Positions 15,922 to 16,411 of a stretch of 16,411 bases of DNA are shown piece by piece. The first letter of the stretch is position 1; every line of letters begins with the position of its first letter. The DNA comes from Vulcanimicrobiota bacterium (GTDB taxonomy: Bacteria > Vulcanimicrobiota > Vulcanimicrobiia > Vulcanimicrobiales > Vulcanimicrobiaceae), in the NCBI GenBank assembly GCA_003133025.1, contig PKZK01000099.1:1-16411 (forward strand), given 5' to 3'. The translations under genes were made by a program, and so were the position numbers. Under the pieces are notes generated by a model, which saw only the letters and a list, made by a program, of their open reading frames with translations, made no database searches and was not told where the DNA came from.

Positions 15922-16411
15922 TGACCGCCTCGACCGCACCCGATAAAGCCCCGCTCGGCGAACAGGCGCGCGAACTCTACCGCGCCTTCCTGAACCAGAT
16001 CTCCGATTTCTGGTTCGGCATGCTGTTGCTCGCCGTGTGGGGCGTGATGACGCTCATCGGCGTCGTGGTGGATCAGGGCAAAGACCCGAGCTTCTACCTG
16101 ACGACGTATCCGGCGGCCCTGGGCCGGCTCGTGCTGCGCCTGCACCTGGAGAACATCTACCACAGTTCGGGGTACGTCGCGATGATCGGGCTGATCATCG
16201 CCTGCATGACGCTGGCCACGTTCAAGCGCGTGATTCCCAACCGCTTGCCCCGGCTGCATCCCGTCAAGATCGACAAGATACCGCTCAACGCGACCGTGGA
16301 GATGCCGGGCGATCCCGAGACCGTGCGCGGCCGCATCGAAGCGTTCTTCGCGCAACGCGGCTGGCTCGTGCGCAAGCGTGAAGCGGGCGGCGTGGAGTGG
16401 ACCTTCGCGGA
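15921..16411 (+). CDS. resB: Cytochrome c biogenesis protein ResB/Ccs1 (system II), 5' part, truncated by the window end
   Basis: Not in the ORF track. ATG at 15921 (TGATG overlap) translates MTASTAPDK...ISDFWFGMLLLAVWGVMTLIGVVVDQG...YPAALGRLVLRLHLENIYHSSGYVAMIGLIIACM, the ResB pattern TM-GxxxxQ...L.L..vY.S..f-TM. Confidence 0.8.
   Translation, partial: MTASTAPDKAPLGEQARELYRAFLNQISDFWFGMLLLAVWGVMTLIGVVVDQGKDPSFYLTTYPAALGRLVLRLHLENIYHSSGYVAMIGLIIACMTLATFKRVIPNRLPRLHPVKIDKIPLNATVEMPGDPETVRGRIEAFFAQRGWLVRKREAGGVEWTFA

Overview
High-GC bacterial chromosomal window with no mobile element, rRNA/tRNA or CRISPR evidence. Gene order: two tandem Acyltransferase_3 paralogs (-), metG (+), a TonB/TolA-like proline-rich membrane protein with an unrecognised C-terminal domain (-), tatD (+), an inorganic-carbon uptake operon dabB-dabA-PII-like (CPII/SbtB-type) (+), a third Acyltransferase_3 (+), a coupled pair of small hypothetical and asymmetric PLD-like genes (-), and menG-polyprenyl synthase-tatA-tatC-resB (partial) (+). 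Best leads: (1) a DAB CO2/HCO3- pump with a coupled PII-like regulator and no carboxysome or RuBisCO genes in the window, preceded by a motif-rich intergenic region (direct repeat, palindrome, structured leader, possible uORF and CTG start); (2) a shared sigma28-like promoter with identical 16-nt spacing upstream of all three acyltransferase paralogs; (3) a PLD-fold protein whose two half-sites are degenerate in complementary ways; (4) the TonB-like protein inserted between metG and tatD. All calls come from motif recognition by eye; no database searches were run.
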